This document shows positions 37,650 to 48,253 of a stretch of 64,000 nt of DNA, one piece after another. Origin of the DNA: Patescibacteria group bacterium. Its GTDB lineage: Bacteria > Patescibacteriota > Patescibacteriia > GWA2-46-9. The notes under the pieces were generated by a model. That model did not search any database and had not been told where the DNA came from. It worked only from the letters and a program-made list of their open reading frames with translations. The stretch spans positions 4,064 through 68,063 of the forward strand of contig JBAZXG010000005.1 in NCBI GenBank assembly GCA_041660005.1, given 5' to 3'. A program made the position numbers and the translations under genes. Each line of letters opens with the position of its first letter. Position 1 is the stretch's first letter.

Positions 37650-38560
37650 GAAGCTAGTTTATCATGTTCCGCTGCGGAGAGGTACTCAATAAGAGCGTCC
37701 TGCCAGGGCCGAAGAAGCGGCAAACGTATACTGGTGAGCGCCGAAAACTTTGGCCGCGGGGCAGGCCTAGGCACGTCGGCTGCTGCCACTGGCAATAATT
37801 CAATATATTTTTTCCCCTTAATTGCCTCATTTGTGGTGTAGTGCTCGGAATTATCGAGAACGGCCTTAGCAAAATCGTACCAACTGCACGAACCTTGGTT
37901 GGTACGATGGTAAATACCAGACGGCGGACGATTCACAACAAGCCCACGCACCGCTGCTGCCAGATCTGCCGCATAGGTGGGGCTGGAAATTTCGCTGCCG
38001 TCAATGAACGACAAACTGTTTGTTTCGGCTGCACGTGTCAGCACAAGATCAGGAAACGACCGTTTAGCTTTCTTGTTTCTTCCTGATAGACCAAAAAGAC
38101 GCGATGTCCTGACGAGATAGTAAGAAAGACCGCGCTCCCCCGCTTTGATAAGAATCTCTTCACCCTCGCGCTTTGAGCGCCCGTACACAGACAATGGATT
38201 TGGTATATCGTCCTCATTGTACTCATCTCCCTTTTTGCCATCAAATACATAGTCAGTGCTGAAGTGGATAAGCACAGCACCGAGGGAAGCAGCCACCTCA
38301 GCCAATCCATGCACTGCTTTACTGTTCAGACTAAAAGCTTGCTCCGACGCCTCTGCGCTACGCTCCGCCTCATCAACCGCATTATACGCGGCGGCGTTAA
38401 TAATAATATCCGGAGTTGTTGCACTGCACTGCTCTCGAACTGCCTCAACATCTCGAATGTCAACATCGTCACTAGCCCACGTAAACACATCAGCATCTGA
38501 AAAAACTTTTTCCAGATAGCCGCCGAGTAATCCGTTGGTACCAAAAAGTGCAATACGCAT
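37646..38560 (-). CDS. rfbD: dTDP-4-dehydrorhamnose reductase
   Basis: GTNGLLG, NAAAY.AVD.AE, STDYVFDG, YGRSK, PAPRP. Confidence 0.95.
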   Translation of the reverse strand: MRIALFGTNGLLGGYLEKVFSDADVFTWASDDVDIRDVEAVREQCSATTPDIIINAAAYNAVDEAERSAEASEQAFSLNSKAVHGLAEVAASLGAVLIHFSTDYVFDGKKGDEYNEDDIPNPLSVYGRSKREGEEILIKAGERGLSYYLVRTSRLFGLSGRNKKAKRSFPDLVLTRAAETNSLSFIDGSEISSPTYAADLAAAVRGLVVNRPPSGIYHRTNQGSCSWYDFAKAVLDNSEHYTTNEAIKGKKYIELLPVAAADVPRPAPRPKFSALTSIRLPLLRPWQDALIEYLSAAEHDKLAS

Positions 38561-38563
38561 AGC

Positions 38564-39103
38564 TTAGGAATTTCCTAAAACGCTATCCCTCATCTTCTGT
38601 ATACTCGGAATATCGGCAGGGAGAATGTTGACGTAGTCGTCTGGGTCGTACGGTGTTGAAGCAACGCAGATAACATCTACCATTGATGCAGAAATAGGCC
38701 AGTACACATGATAAACGCCAACCGGCACGGTGATACCTGGCATCCCCTTCTCCCCCCTACGATAAACCGGGTAATCAGAAGTAAATGCGTCGTCTTTTTC
38801 AGTCGTCAGTATGACGGCTGCAGACTCGCCCTTCGTGCGAGAGTCATCGCGAAAATCGTAAAATGCCCAGAGCGCCGAACCTCTCACGACAAAAAAATTT
38901 TCCGTTTGCCGGTGATGATAGTGGCCAGCGCGAGGCGAAATGCCGTTTGCTGACGAAATATAAATATTCTTTATTCCCTCTTTTGCTTGCGCATTGTCGG
39001 TGCCACCCGGCAATAGTTCGGCCAAGAATCCGCGTTCATCTTCGATAAACCGGTTATAACTTACTACGAGTCCGTCTATTAATGTTTCAAAGTGCTCGCC
39101 CAT
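38564..39103 (-). CDS. Cupin-fold dTDP-sugar epimerase/isomerase (RmlC/FdtA-like)
   Basis: DERGFL, RAGHYH, VPVGVYH; lies between rfbB and rfbD. Confidence 0.75.
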   Translation of the reverse strand: MGEHFETLIDGLVVSYNRFIEDERGFLAELLPGGTDNAQAKEGIKNIYISSANGISPRAGHYHHRQTENFFVVRGSALWAFYDFRDDSRTKGESAAVILTTEKDDAFTSDYPVYRRGEKGMPGITVPVGVYHVYWPISASMVDVICVASTPYDPDDYVNILPADIPSIQKMRDSVLGNS

Positions 39104-39113
39104 AGCAGATTCC

Positions 39114-40115
39114 TTAGCGCAAATGTTCGTTAATGTCGCTAATGCGTCGCTTAACGTCAGCCACCCACTCGGCGTGGTCGCGATACCACTGAACCGTTTC
39201 AGCTATACCGTCCTCGAAGGTCGTTGCTGGTTCCCAACCGAGCTCGCGTCGCAGTTTGCTGGCGTCTATGGCATAGCGTCGATCATGACCCGGTCGATCT
39301 GTAACAAAGGTGATGAGTGATTCGCTCTTACCCAATATTCTTAGAATATGGCCGGCAATTTCGATATTTGGTTTTTCAGCATTGCCTCCGATGTTGTACA
39401 CTTCGCCCGCCTTACCGCTCCGCAAAATGGTATCAAGCGCAGAACAATGGTCGCGCACATAGAGCCAGTCACGAACATTTTTTCCATCGCCATACAGAGG
39501 CAGCTGCTCACCACTAAGCGCCCGATCAATAAAAAATGGTATCAACTTTTCCGGAAACTGATACGGCCCATAATTGTTCGAGCAGTGCGTCACAATAACG
39601 TCTGAGCCAAATGTTTTGCTAAAGGCGCGACATAACAGATCCCCGCCTGCTTTTGCCGCCGCATACGGCACATTCGGAGCAAACGGAGTCTCTTCCGTGA
39701 ATTGACTCGGGTCATCAAGCTCCAGCGAACCGTATACCTCATCCGTTGAAACCTGAATGTGACGAACGCCACCCTGTTTCCGTTCAGCATCGAGGAGCGT
39801 TTGCACGCCGAGCACATTCGCCATAACGAAGTCTCGTGAGCCAACGTGAATACTTCGGTCGACATGTGTTTCTGCTGCAAAGTTAACGACCGCATCAATA
39901 CCAGTGAGTGCCTTAACAACGGTTTCGTTGTCCGCAATATCTCCCTGTATGAAATGATATCGCGGACTACCCACTAAATCTGCCAGATTCGCGGGGTTAC
40001 CGGCATAGGTTAATTTGTCCAGATTCACAACGTAATCCTCTGGATACTTCTCAAGAATATAGTGAATGAAGTTGGAGCCGATAAAACCTGCTCCTCCGGC
40101 AACAAGTATGCGCAT
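39114..40115 (-). CDS. rfbB: dTDP-glucose 4,6-dehydratase
   Basis: GGAGFIGSNF, AAETHVDRSI, STDEVYG, YAAAK, NNYGPYQFPEKLIP, DRPGHDRRY. Confidence 0.98.
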   Translation of the reverse strand: MRILVAGGAGFIGSNFIHYILEKYPEDYVVNLDKLTYAGNPANLADLVGSPRYHFIQGDIADNETVVKALTGIDAVVNFAAETHVDRSIHVGSRDFVMANVLGVQTLLDAERKQGGVRHIQVSTDEVYGSLELDDPSQFTEETPFAPNVPYAAAKAGGDLLCRAFSKTFGSDVIVTHCSNNYGPYQFPEKLIPFFIDRALSGEQLPLYGDGKNVRDWLYVRDHCSALDTILRSGKAGEVYNIGGNAEKPNIEIAGHILRILGKSESLITFVTDRPGHDRRYAIDASKLRRELGWEPATTFEDGIAETVQWYRDHAEWVADVKRRISDINEHLR

Positions 40116-40165
40116 AAATGTACAGGAAGCTTACTCAATTCTGAGCTTTCCGACAACAGCAACAA

Positions 40166-40198
40166 ACAAAGATGGCTCCGTATTGGAGCCATCTTTGT
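40166..40198 (-). terminator. Intrinsic terminator after the giant surface protein gene
   Basis: ACAAAGATGGCTCC-GTATT-GGAGCCATCTTTGT. Confidence 0.8.
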
Positions 40199-40223
40199 AA
40201 TCGGTCATACCTAAATTTAACTC

Positions 40224-43200
40224 TTAATGATTCTGCCCGTTACGCCTACCTCTCGTGTAGTAATAGTACCAGAGGTAGAGCAGGATGAGTAGAATAGGAA
40301 GCCACCAGTACCAACACAGCGAGAAAATGGTGTAACACCCAGGGCCAGACGGTACTGCTATAGGTGGTGTGTCCTGATTAAGGTTGTCACCAGCTCCAGT
40401 CGGACCCGTAGTGCTCTCACCTGAGCCAGATTGCCCGCCTTGTGGCTCTCCGCCAGTGTTACCACCCGCGCCACTGGTATCAGTAACACCAAGTACTTCA
40501 CCCGAGGGCTGCCCGCCTGTTGTCGGAGGCGGGGTTGTGCCACCACCAGTACCAGGACCTGTTTCAACACCGAGAACTTCTCCACCAGGAGGTGTTCCAC
40601 CACCAGTATTTTCGCCGCCTCCAGTTGTTGTGTTCGTGGTGCTTGCAAGTGTAACGTTGGTTGATTTAATGGTCGTACCGCCGCCTGCATTTCTGAATTT
40701 TGCATACACGGTCTTGAGGCCGTCGCCAGAAACCAGAACCCATGTACCTGATGTGGATGCCGGCTGGAAACCAGGTGAGTCGCTCAGATCTGAAAGGTTA
40801 CCTACAGCAATTTCCGTTACGTCCGGACCGTACGTGAAGAGCAAATGCACGTTTGGTGAAGTTACGCTCGTCCCTTCAGCAACGGCTACTGCGACAGTAT
40901 CGTAGTTAGGCCCGCCTGGCGTAATACCGCTGCCGCCACCTCCACCACCGCCGCCGCCCCCGCCGCCACCTCCACCACCACCGCCGCCACTAGTAGTCGC
41001 GAAGGAGAATTCAGCGCTTACGGTTTCCGGAACTGTTGCGGAAATAACGCGGTAGTAAATAGTCGTCGCCGCTGGTAGTCCGCTCAGATTCACGCCATGC
41101 GAAGTTAGTTTTGTCGAATCAGTCGGTGATGTTGAGCCGTAGTTATAGTTTGGTGCGCTCCCGAGTGTTCGCGATACTGCATCGTAAACAACGCGGCTCG
41201 TACTCCCTCGATCAGTATTCCAACTAATCGTGGCGCTACTCGTGGTGATGGCGCTCGCAGCGACATTACTAATAACCAGATCAGGGTAGTTACCAAAAGT
41301 CATGGTATTATCAGCGTCGTCAAGCGTAACTTCGTCAGCCGCACTGAGATTGGTAACCGTAACATCGTACGAGACCGTCTTATTCAGGTCTGCGCCTTCA
41401 CAACCATCTATTGAACAGACAAGCGTAAAGTCTTTACCTGAGAGCGCAGGATACGTACTTGCCCAGCCATGCTTATTCCCCTCGAGCACACGATAGGTGC
41501 CAGTAGTCGGTATGGTAAGGTCAACAAAACCGTCGGCGTTTGTGCTGCCAAGAGAGGCAATAGTGACCGTTTCAGTGGTACCGCCCTCAGTTTCAATGGT
41601 TACAACTTTACCAAGAGCGATTTGCCAACCTTCTACACCGTTTTCTCCCTCTTCTCGTGTACCATTGCCATTATCGTCTGACCACTTCTGAACACGAACG
41701 TGAGGCAGCTTGAAGTTCCCAAACTGTAAATCGAGGCTTAAAGACTCCCCATTTTGTCCGGTGGAAACCGTACTGCCACCTTCTGCAACCGTAACGTCAT
41801 ACGTTCGACTTGTTTCAAGAGTAACTCCGTCGCAGCCGGAAACGGTACACGTTACTGTGTAATCACCCACTGCGTTAACCGCTGGGCTTGTTGTCTGCCA
41901 GCCATCAGCTTTGGCTTCAAGAACACGGTACGTACCGGTTCCTGAAACCGTGAAGGAGAAATTACCGCTCTCATCAGTCTGCACAACTTGTAGAACCGTC
42001 AATGGTGTTGGATCGCCCGAATGAGCTGGCTCGCCAACTGATGCCAAGGCGATTGTCCAGCCGGCAATCGTCGATTCACCCTCTCCGTAAACGCCATCGT
42101 TATTGGCATCATTCCATTTAAGTCCACTGATTGTGGAATCCTCGATGTTGCCAAATTGAATCGTATGCTCGCTGTTATCGAGAGTAACCGTACCGCCGTC
42201 GGGCTGTGTTGTGTCGACCGTTACATCAAAAAAGGCGTTGGTGTCGAAGTTGTGTACATCACAGCCGAGAACTGAGTCGCCACAGGTAACTGTTTGGTTG
42301 ACGGTTTGTGAGCCGGGCATGATTCTACTCCAAGCAGAACGCAGCTCTTCAAACACGCGGTAGGTACCACTTGATAGAATTGGGATGGAGAAAGAACCGT
42401 CGGTACCCGTTAAACTGAGCGCGGTTATTTCAACCGGCACGGGCTCGTCCCCCTCTGAGGAACCAATTTTTCCGAGGGCAATCTTCCAACTCTCAATGGC
42501 GCTCTCCAAAGGACTGCCATCCCAAACACCGTTGCCATTCTTGTCGTTCCACTTGTGGCCACCAACATTCCAGTTTGAGTCGCAAGCGTCACCGATGTGG
42601 TCAGTGTCAGTATCGGCCTGGTCACTGTTCGCTACAAGCGGACAGTTGTCGCCAGGAGGAATCGCTAAATCTGTAAATACGCCGTTTCCGTCATCAGTCT
42701 TGTCAGTGACTTCGTCATTGTCGGCATCGGTGTCACAAACGTCACCAATATAGTCGCTGTCAGTATCTGTCCGCAGCGCATTTTCCGTAAGCGGACAGTT
42801 ATCGCCACCGTCGACCGAATCAATCGCAGTGAAAGTCCCGTCTTCGTTATCAGTTTTATCGGCAACGCCATCGCCGTCGCTGTCAGCATCGCAGACATCA
42901 CCCTTGCCGTCGGTATCCTTATCGCGCTGGTCAGGGTTGGCAATCGTCGGACAGTTATCTTCACCGTCAACAAAGCCATCACCGTCCGTGTCAACATCTA
43001 CAAATTTATTATTGAAGGTGCAGTTAACATTGTCTCCGGCTGCTACATCAAGATGTAGAGGATCGTACGTTGTTGCACTGTCGTTAATGGTGCAGCTAGA
43101 ACTCGTCAGCTCCCATCCGCTCGCATTCGCTTCGGTAACTGCATAGGAACCGGGCAGCAAGTTAGCGTAAGTGTGGGACTGACCGTCAGAGAGTGATTGT

Positions 43201-46046
43201 TCGTCCGCGTCATTCAGTGCGAAAGTAAATAACCGTGGCGAGTCAGCAGGGTCTGTGACCTTGGTTACGGTTATTGATGCAAATTTAACATTGCCAAAGT
43301 TACGATTGGGATGAGTGAGGTCACCGGTTGACCCTGAAACGAGGTAAGTTCCGTTGTCTTGCCCGCCAAGACCGGTCTCGGCCGTTGGTGCTGTTTGGTG
43401 CCAGCCATCCTGTTGAATCTCTGAAATAATGTACTCACCTGGACCAAGGTTGTTAAACTGGTAATTACCAGAATCGTCTGTTTGTACTTCACAATACTCG
43501 CCGCTGACAGTCGCTTCTACTGTCTTTCCAGATACACAAGTTGGTGCGCTCTCTGAACCAGCGAGGTCAAGACGGATCGTCCAACCGGGCAGATTAGGAT
43601 CAGCTCCGAGCGTGCGTACTCCATCAGCACTCAGGTCGTGATACTTCTTCCCGGAAATTGAGAAGAGTTCAAAGTTACCAAAGTCTTTTCCCGTAATGTC
43701 CTTTTCTTCACCAATGGTAACCAAATAAGTGCCAGAAGCAGGATAAGTCTGAGTCCATCCGCTCTTTACGGATTCTGAAAGAGTATAGCCGCCAGGGGTA
43801 ACGTCTAAGAACGAGTAGTTACCATTTTCATCCGTAGTCGCTGACTGGGTTGATCCGCTACCAGCCAAGGTGATTATCCACCCTTGAAGACCCGGCTCAC
43901 CAGCGTCCTTAGCGCCGTTACCGTTGGTGTCTCTAAATTTCATGCCCGAAACTGAACCGAGCTTCGTACTGTTGTAGGTACAGGTAATGTTGGAGCCCGC
44001 AGACAATGAAAGCGCGGACGGGTCCTGACCATCGGTGCAGGTCGGGGTTGAGTCAATAGTAAACCCACTTGAAGCACTACCGACGAGACTATAAGTAGTA
44101 TCTGGCAGTAAGCTCGGGAAGGTGTAGGAATCGCTACCCACTAATGAATGCGATACTGTTGTGCCGCCGCTTGGTGTTAAATCAAACGTAAACGTACCAG
44201 CGTCACTCGGGTCAGCAACGTTAATGACCGTGATCGTTCCGCGCTCTGCGTTCGAGAATGTGCATGAAAGGTTTTGACCAGCACTAATCTCAATGTCGCT
44301 TCCGGGAACATAGGTTACGTCACCACAAATCGCTGCCGTTAAATCCCAATCAGTGACATCGCTTTCGTTCAATGCGTATGTACCCGGCAAGAGACTGCCA
44401 AATGTTCCGGTTTCCCCGTTTTTTAGTGATGCAATGCCAGCCGATTTTCCACTGAGGGTAAAGCCAAATGCCTGTGTGGACGCTGACGGATCTGCATTTT
44501 TGGTTACACTGATAGAACCCAATTCGACATTCCCAAAATCAAGATTGTTTATAATGTCGTCATCAGCAACCGGCTGAGTATAACCAAATCCAGTCAAACA
44601 AGTTGCTCCAGCCGTTGGATAGGTCTGTTGCCAACCTGCAGGCACCGTTTCACACACGGTGTAGGTGCCAGCAGCCAATCCAGAAACGCTATACTCGCCC
44701 AAAGCATTTGTCGTAGCCGTTGCTGGTGTTGGACCGGCCAAGGTTACTTCCTGGCCAGAGAGTGGCGTACCGTCGTTGTTGATGCCGTCAGCATTAAGAT
44801 CGCTGAAGACTGCTCCATTAATAACTCCATTATTTTTCGCCGGCGGCTCACCTGCTCCCCAAACCGTAACATCGTCTAAGCGAACAATTTGATCGCTCAC
44901 CGGAGAATCAATTTCAAAACGTAGAGCAAAATTTGGGTTATTCTCTGCCCCGGCAAGCGGCCCAAATGATGTCCACACCAAATAGGGTTCAATGTTTTTT
45001 CGCGCTTCCAGTTGCAGCCAGGTAGTTCCAGCGTCAACAGAATAGTAAGCGCGCAAACCTTCGCCTCCGTGTTTCATTTCGCTAACGCGCCGAGCATACG
45101 CCACATGAATACCTTGGGTTACACCCGCAGTACTAATAACTTTACTAATGGCATCGCTAACGCCATGGGAACGATTAAGCTCGACACCATACCCCTTATC
45201 TGGAGTGTTATCGTCGGTGTAGTACTTTCGCTCATTTATCGTTTTCCCTTTTCTAATAACCGGATCATTTTCAACGGTCCAGTTGTTCGGCAGAGTATCA
45301 ACGGTATTAGCTTCAAACCCATCGTAAAAAATAGGGGGATTTAAGCCATACACTTTAACATTATCTATACCAACCTTGTCGCCATTAACACCCATCAAGT
45401 AAAACTGCAGCGACAACATGGCGTGACGGTCAGAATTTTCAATCGTATAGGTTGTCACCGTATGTGTTGGTATGGATTCAGTAACCGTTTCCAGTGCAAT
45501 GTCTGGAACAACGCTCCAGGCGTTGTATAGTGGGTCTTCAAAAGAATACTGAGAAACAAACTGACTTGTCGTCAGAGGTACGGCAAATTGAACCTTGCGA
45601 GAATATTCAACAACCAACCTTGCGTATCCTTGCGTAGCAATTTCACGACCGCCGCCATTATCAAGTGATGTTTTATTTGCACCTTCAAGATAGAGCCCTT
45701 TAGAACCCTCTACCCCAACAGGAAAACCATCGATGGTATTGTCACGCTTGGGTTTCGTTGCGCCGTCCAGTATTTCCCAATTATTCGTACCGATATTCGT
45801 TGTACCTTGATCAAAGTTGTCGTTAAAAATGAGAACCGGCGCTGGTACGACCGACGCCTGAGCGATACTCGGTACCGTTAAAGAAAAATGAACAGGACCG
45901 AAACTACTCACGACCATCGTAAAGATGGTAATAGTAGTTGTTACTTTATGAATAAATTTTTTCAATGCTGTTTTGCGACCCACCGACAAACGGCTGATCG
46001 CGCCTCTCTTAATTTGACTGCCGAACTGCAGTTTTATGTGAGTCAT
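40224..46046 (-). CDS. 1940-aa membrane-anchored surface protein (SdrD-B/Cna-like and prealbumin-like repeats, thrombospondin type-3 repeats, FN3-like domain, poly-Gly linker)
   Basis: Repeated SG.K..D.N.NG..D.GE..L.GW.I.L units; DTDGDG..DNCP...N.DQ.D.D repeats; long Gly tract; C-terminal hydrophobic helix followed by RGRR. Confidence 0.9.
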   Translation of the reverse strand: MTHIKLQFGSQIKRGAISRLSVGRKTALKKFIHKVTTTITIFTMVVSSFGPVHFSLTVPSIAQASVVPAPVLIFNDNFDQGTTNIGTNNWEILDGATKPKRDNTIDGFPVGVEGSKGLYLEGANKTSLDNGGGREIATQGYARLVVEYSRKVQFAVPLTTSQFVSQYSFEDPLYNAWSVVPDIALETVTESIPTHTVTTYTIENSDRHAMLSLQFYLMGVNGDKVGIDNVKVYGLNPPIFYDGFEANTVDTLPNNWTVENDPVIRKGKTINERKYYTDDNTPDKGYGVELNRSHGVSDAISKVISTAGVTQGIHVAYARRVSEMKHGGEGLRAYYSVDAGTTWLQLEARKNIEPYLVWTSFGPLAGAENNPNFALRFEIDSPVSDQIVRLDDVTVWGAGEPPAKNNGVINGAVFSDLNADGINNDGTPLSGQEVTLAGPTPATATTNALGEYSVSGLAAGTYTVCETVPAGWQQTYPTAGATCLTGFGYTQPVADDDIINNLDFGNVELGSISVTKNADPSASTQAFGFTLSGKSAGIASLKNGETGTFGSLLPGTYALNESDVTDWDLTAAICGDVTYVPGSDIEISAGQNLSCTFSNAERGTITVINVADPSDAGTFTFDLTPSGGTTVSHSLVGSDSYTFPSLLPDTTYSLVGSASSGFTIDSTPTCTDGQDPSALSLSAGSNITCTYNSTKLGSVSGMKFRDTNGNGAKDAGEPGLQGWIITLAGSGSTQSATTDENGNYSFLDVTPGGYTLSESVKSGWTQTYPASGTYLVTIGEEKDITGKDFGNFELFSISGKKYHDLSADGVRTLGADPNLPGWTIRLDLAGSESAPTCVSGKTVEATVSGEYCEVQTDDSGNYQFNNLGPGEYIISEIQQDGWHQTAPTAETGLGGQDNGTYLVSGSTGDLTHPNRNFGNVKFASITVTKVTDPADSPRLFTFALNDADEQSLSDGQSHTYANLLPGSYAVTEANASGWELTSSSCTINDSATTYDPLHLDVAAGDNVNCTFNNKFVDVDTDGDGFVDGEDNCPTIANPDQRDKDTDGKGDVCDADSDGDGVADKTDNEDGTFTAIDSVDGGDNCPLTENALRTDTDSDYIGDVCDTDADNDEVTDKTDDGNGVFTDLAIPPGDNCPLVANSDQADTDTDHIGDACDSNWNVGGHKWNDKNGNGVWDGSPLESAIESWKIALGKIGSSEGDEPVPVEITALSLTGTDGSFSIPILSSGTYRVFEELRSAWSRIMPGSQTVNQTVTCGDSVLGCDVHNFDTNAFFDVTVDTTQPDGGTVTLDNSEHTIQFGNIEDSTISGLKWNDANNDGVYGEGESTIAGWTIALASVGEPAHSGDPTPLTVLQVVQTDESGNFSFTVSGTGTYRVLEAKADGWQTTSPAVNAVGDYTVTCTVSGCDGVTLETSRTYDVTVAEGGSTVSTGQNGESLSLDLQFGNFKLPHVRVQKWSDDNGNGTREEGENGVEGWQIALGKVVTIETEGGTTETVTIASLGSTNADGFVDLTIPTTGTYRVLEGNKHGWASTYPALSGKDFTLVCSIDGCEGADLNKTVSYDVTVTNLSAADEVTLDDADNTMTFGNYPDLVISNVAASAITTSSATISWNTDRGSTSRVVYDAVSRTLGSAPNYNYGSTSPTDSTKLTSHGVNLSGLPAATTIYYRVISATVPETVSAEFSFATTSGGGGGGGGGGGGGGGGGGGSGITPGGPNYDTVAVAVAEGTSVTSPNVHLLFTYGPDVTEIAVGNLSDLSDSPGFQPASTSGTWVLVSGDGLKTVYAKFRNAGGGTTIKSTNVTLASTTNTTTGGGENTGGGTPPGGEVLGVETGPGTGGGTTPPPTTGGQPSGEVLGVTDTSGAGGNTGGEPQGGQSGSGESTTGPTGAGDNLNQDTPPIAVPSGPGCYTIFSLCWYWWLPILLILLYLWYYYYTRGRRNGQNH

Positions 46047-46369
46047 AAAATAATAATATTTAAACCAAAAATAACGCTAACAAACAACGACTATTGATAT
46101 AATGACGTTTGTTTTTTCTTTTTATTTCGGCGAACAGAACCACTTTTAAAACACTGGCGCACTTATCAATTCCGTGGTTCTTTCCCCCTTTGAACCAAAC
46201 AAACGCTGTTATAAGGCACGTTGGCCTTAAAAAGTTAAGATGATTTGTGTATCTTCGTTTTCTGATATTGCCTGCTTTTCCGACCAAGGACTGCAACGAA
46301 GCACCTAATAGCTTAGTTAATAAAACCCCTGCTGTCAATAGAAAAATTAAATGGCCCTGTCGTATAATC

Positions 46370-46536
46370 TTATTGTCGAGGATAGCGAGTGAAGTGCGCA
46401 TAGCAAATATGCATTTCCGAGCGACGCAGGTATCAAAGGGTTTAATACCCCGCGTGGCTATGCCACGCTAACTCTCTCACTCCACCTAGCGGGTTGAGGA
46501 GTCCAGGGCTTTGCCCTGGGGTTTTATACCATTTAT
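46370..46536 (+). mobile_element. Dispersed structured repeat, copy C
   Basis: TTATTGTCGAGGATAGCGAG...TATACCATTTAT. Confidence 0.75.
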
Positions 46537-46582
46537 CCACAGTTTTTAACTAAAAAACCCAAGGAAAACGTATAAGTTAATC

Positions 46583-47776
46583 CTAAACGACCAGCAAAAA
46601 TACGGCTAAAACCACAACAGCAATTGAGTGGCTCACGAGAGATAGGTGGCGAATATGCAATTTTAGCGCAAATAGGTAGACCAGAATGCCTGCGGCCAAG
46701 AAGACGCTGAACGCCAGATAGATCATGCGCACTTTGTCGTTCAGGTTCCCGACCTTCAATAGCCCCCCAAAAAATGTGGTAAATCGCTCTGTTCCCTCGT
46801 TAAAAATGTAGAGCTGCTGCGTCTTTGAAACCGGCGCAACCAGAGCAATGGCTTTCGTTTCCAGATGCTTATCCGCCCCAGAAGCAACTAAGGTCAACTG
46901 TTCGCCATTACTAGACAGGGTGTTAGGGTCATACGGGATGCTGCCACTCCACACGCCGCTATCCGGTTGCGGCGCTAAATCACTTTCTACGCCCGCGAGC
47001 TGTGCCCGAACGGCCTCCGCCTTTGGCGCTTTTACGGCAACGGAAACAGATTTACCTTTCTGCTGGAGGACTAAACTAGATTCGTCAATAACGCTCGCCT
47101 TAACCACACTACTGGGATTTGTTACTACCGGCCCTGCGGCCAAGGTTGTTGCGGGATCACCAAACATCTGCACGACAAAAGTCGCGCTCACGCCCTCGTA
47201 CTCACCCGTTGCCGTACCCACGCCAATTTCGGTATATCCTGGGTTAATGATGTTCGCTCGGTGCGAAGCACTTGCCATCCATCCAGAATCGACGTCTTCA
47301 GCCGTGTGAAAGTTAACGGCCAAATTCTCACCGGCTTTGAGATAGTGGTATCCTGACGCCTTAATCCAATCCCAGGGTGTTTTTCCGTCAGGGCTGTTAT
47401 GCGCAAAATACGAATGTGCCAGCATGTCCCGCGCTTTGGCGTTCGCCGCGTCGGTTAATGCAGCATTTTTTTTCAATCCTTTTAATCCAAAATTCTTTCG
47501 CTCCTGATTAGTGAGTGAAATGATGTTCGCAGGCGTAATGGAGCTTGAAAAAAGACTGGACGAAGGCAAAGATAGCGGCGCGAGGACAACCAGCACCTTA
47601 AACAAAATAAGAATAACGCTATACCCCATGAGCACACGGTGCCGTAGTGCATGCGGTTTATAGCTATTTCCCGCGTGTGGAATCAGGTGGTCAAAGATCA
47701 CCTGGTAACCTTGCTTAGCATTACTATGCAAGCGGTTTTTCACTGGCGTTTTTTTGCGCATGGGTTCTTTGTTCAT
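46583..47776 (-). CDS. CAP/SCP domain membrane protein
   Basis: TNQER, KARDM...YFAH, AGENLA, WMASASHRANI; TM helices at both ends. Confidence 0.92.
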   Translation of the reverse strand: MNKEPMRKKTPVKNRLHSNAKQGYQVIFDHLIPHAGNSYKPHALRHRVLMGYSVILILFKVLVVLAPLSLPSSSLFSSSITPANIISLTNQERKNFGLKGLKKNAALTDAANAKARDMLAHSYFAHNSPDGKTPWDWIKASGYHYLKAGENLAVNFHTAEDVDSGWMASASHRANIINPGYTEIGVGTATGEYEGVSATFVVQMFGDPATTLAAGPVVTNPSSVVKASVIDESSLVLQQKGKSVSVAVKAPKAEAVRAQLAGVESDLAPQPDSGVWSGSIPYDPNTLSSNGEQLTLVASGADKHLETKAIALVAPVSKTQQLYIFNEGTERFTTFFGGLLKVGNLNDKVRMIYLAFSVFLAAGILVYLFALKLHIRHLSLVSHSIAVVVLAVFLLVV

Positions 47777-47826
47777 ACGATATGTTTCAAAAAGCTATAT
47801 CGCTTTTGAAAACGTTACAATGTAGC

Positions 47827-48249
47827 CTAAATCGAGGCATCTGTCAATACGTTGCGTATTCTCTCTGCAATTTCTTTTGCTTCACCCGAACTATAGCTAG
47901 TATGACCCCATGATTGCAGGCCGTCATTGTCTTTTCTCGGTATGATATGTATGTGCATGTGACCAACCAGTTGACCTGCAGCTTTACCGTTATTAATGCC
48001 AACGTTGAATCCGTCTGCTTCTACGCCCAAAACAACCGACCTCGCAATGTTTGGTAAAGAGCTCATGAGATAAGCCAAACTTTTTTCATCAACAGAAAGT
48101 AAATCATTAGCGTGCGTTTTAGGAATCAGCAGCGTGTGCCCTTGACGAATAGGTTGAATATCGAGAAAGGCCAGAACTTCATCATCTTCATAAACTTTAT
48201 CACTCGGTAGTTCACCCGAAACGATTTTGCAAAAAACACAATTTTCCAT
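47827..48249 (-). CDS. HIT family hydrolase
   Basis: CVFCKI, GHTLLIPK, HMHIHIIPR. Confidence 0.96.
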   Translation of the reverse strand: MENCVFCKIVSGELPSDKVYEDDEVLAFLDIQPIRQGHTLLIPKTHANDLLSVDEKSLAYLMSSLPNIARSVVLGVEADGFNVGINNGKAAGQLVGHMHIHIIPRKDNDGLQSWGHTSYSSGEAKEIAERIRNVLTDASI

Positions 48250-48253
48250 ACTG

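Noticed and set aside
40930-40990. GC-rich triplet run as a phase-variable or G-quadruplex element
   Set aside because: It encodes the poly-Gly linker with mixed GGC/GGT/GGA/GGG codons; length changes would stay in frame
46060-46471. ORFs 46060-46401 (-) and 46247-46471 (+), and also 34117-34329 (+)
   Set aside because: They overlap the non-coding repeat and AT-rich upstream DNA, and indels between copies break the frame
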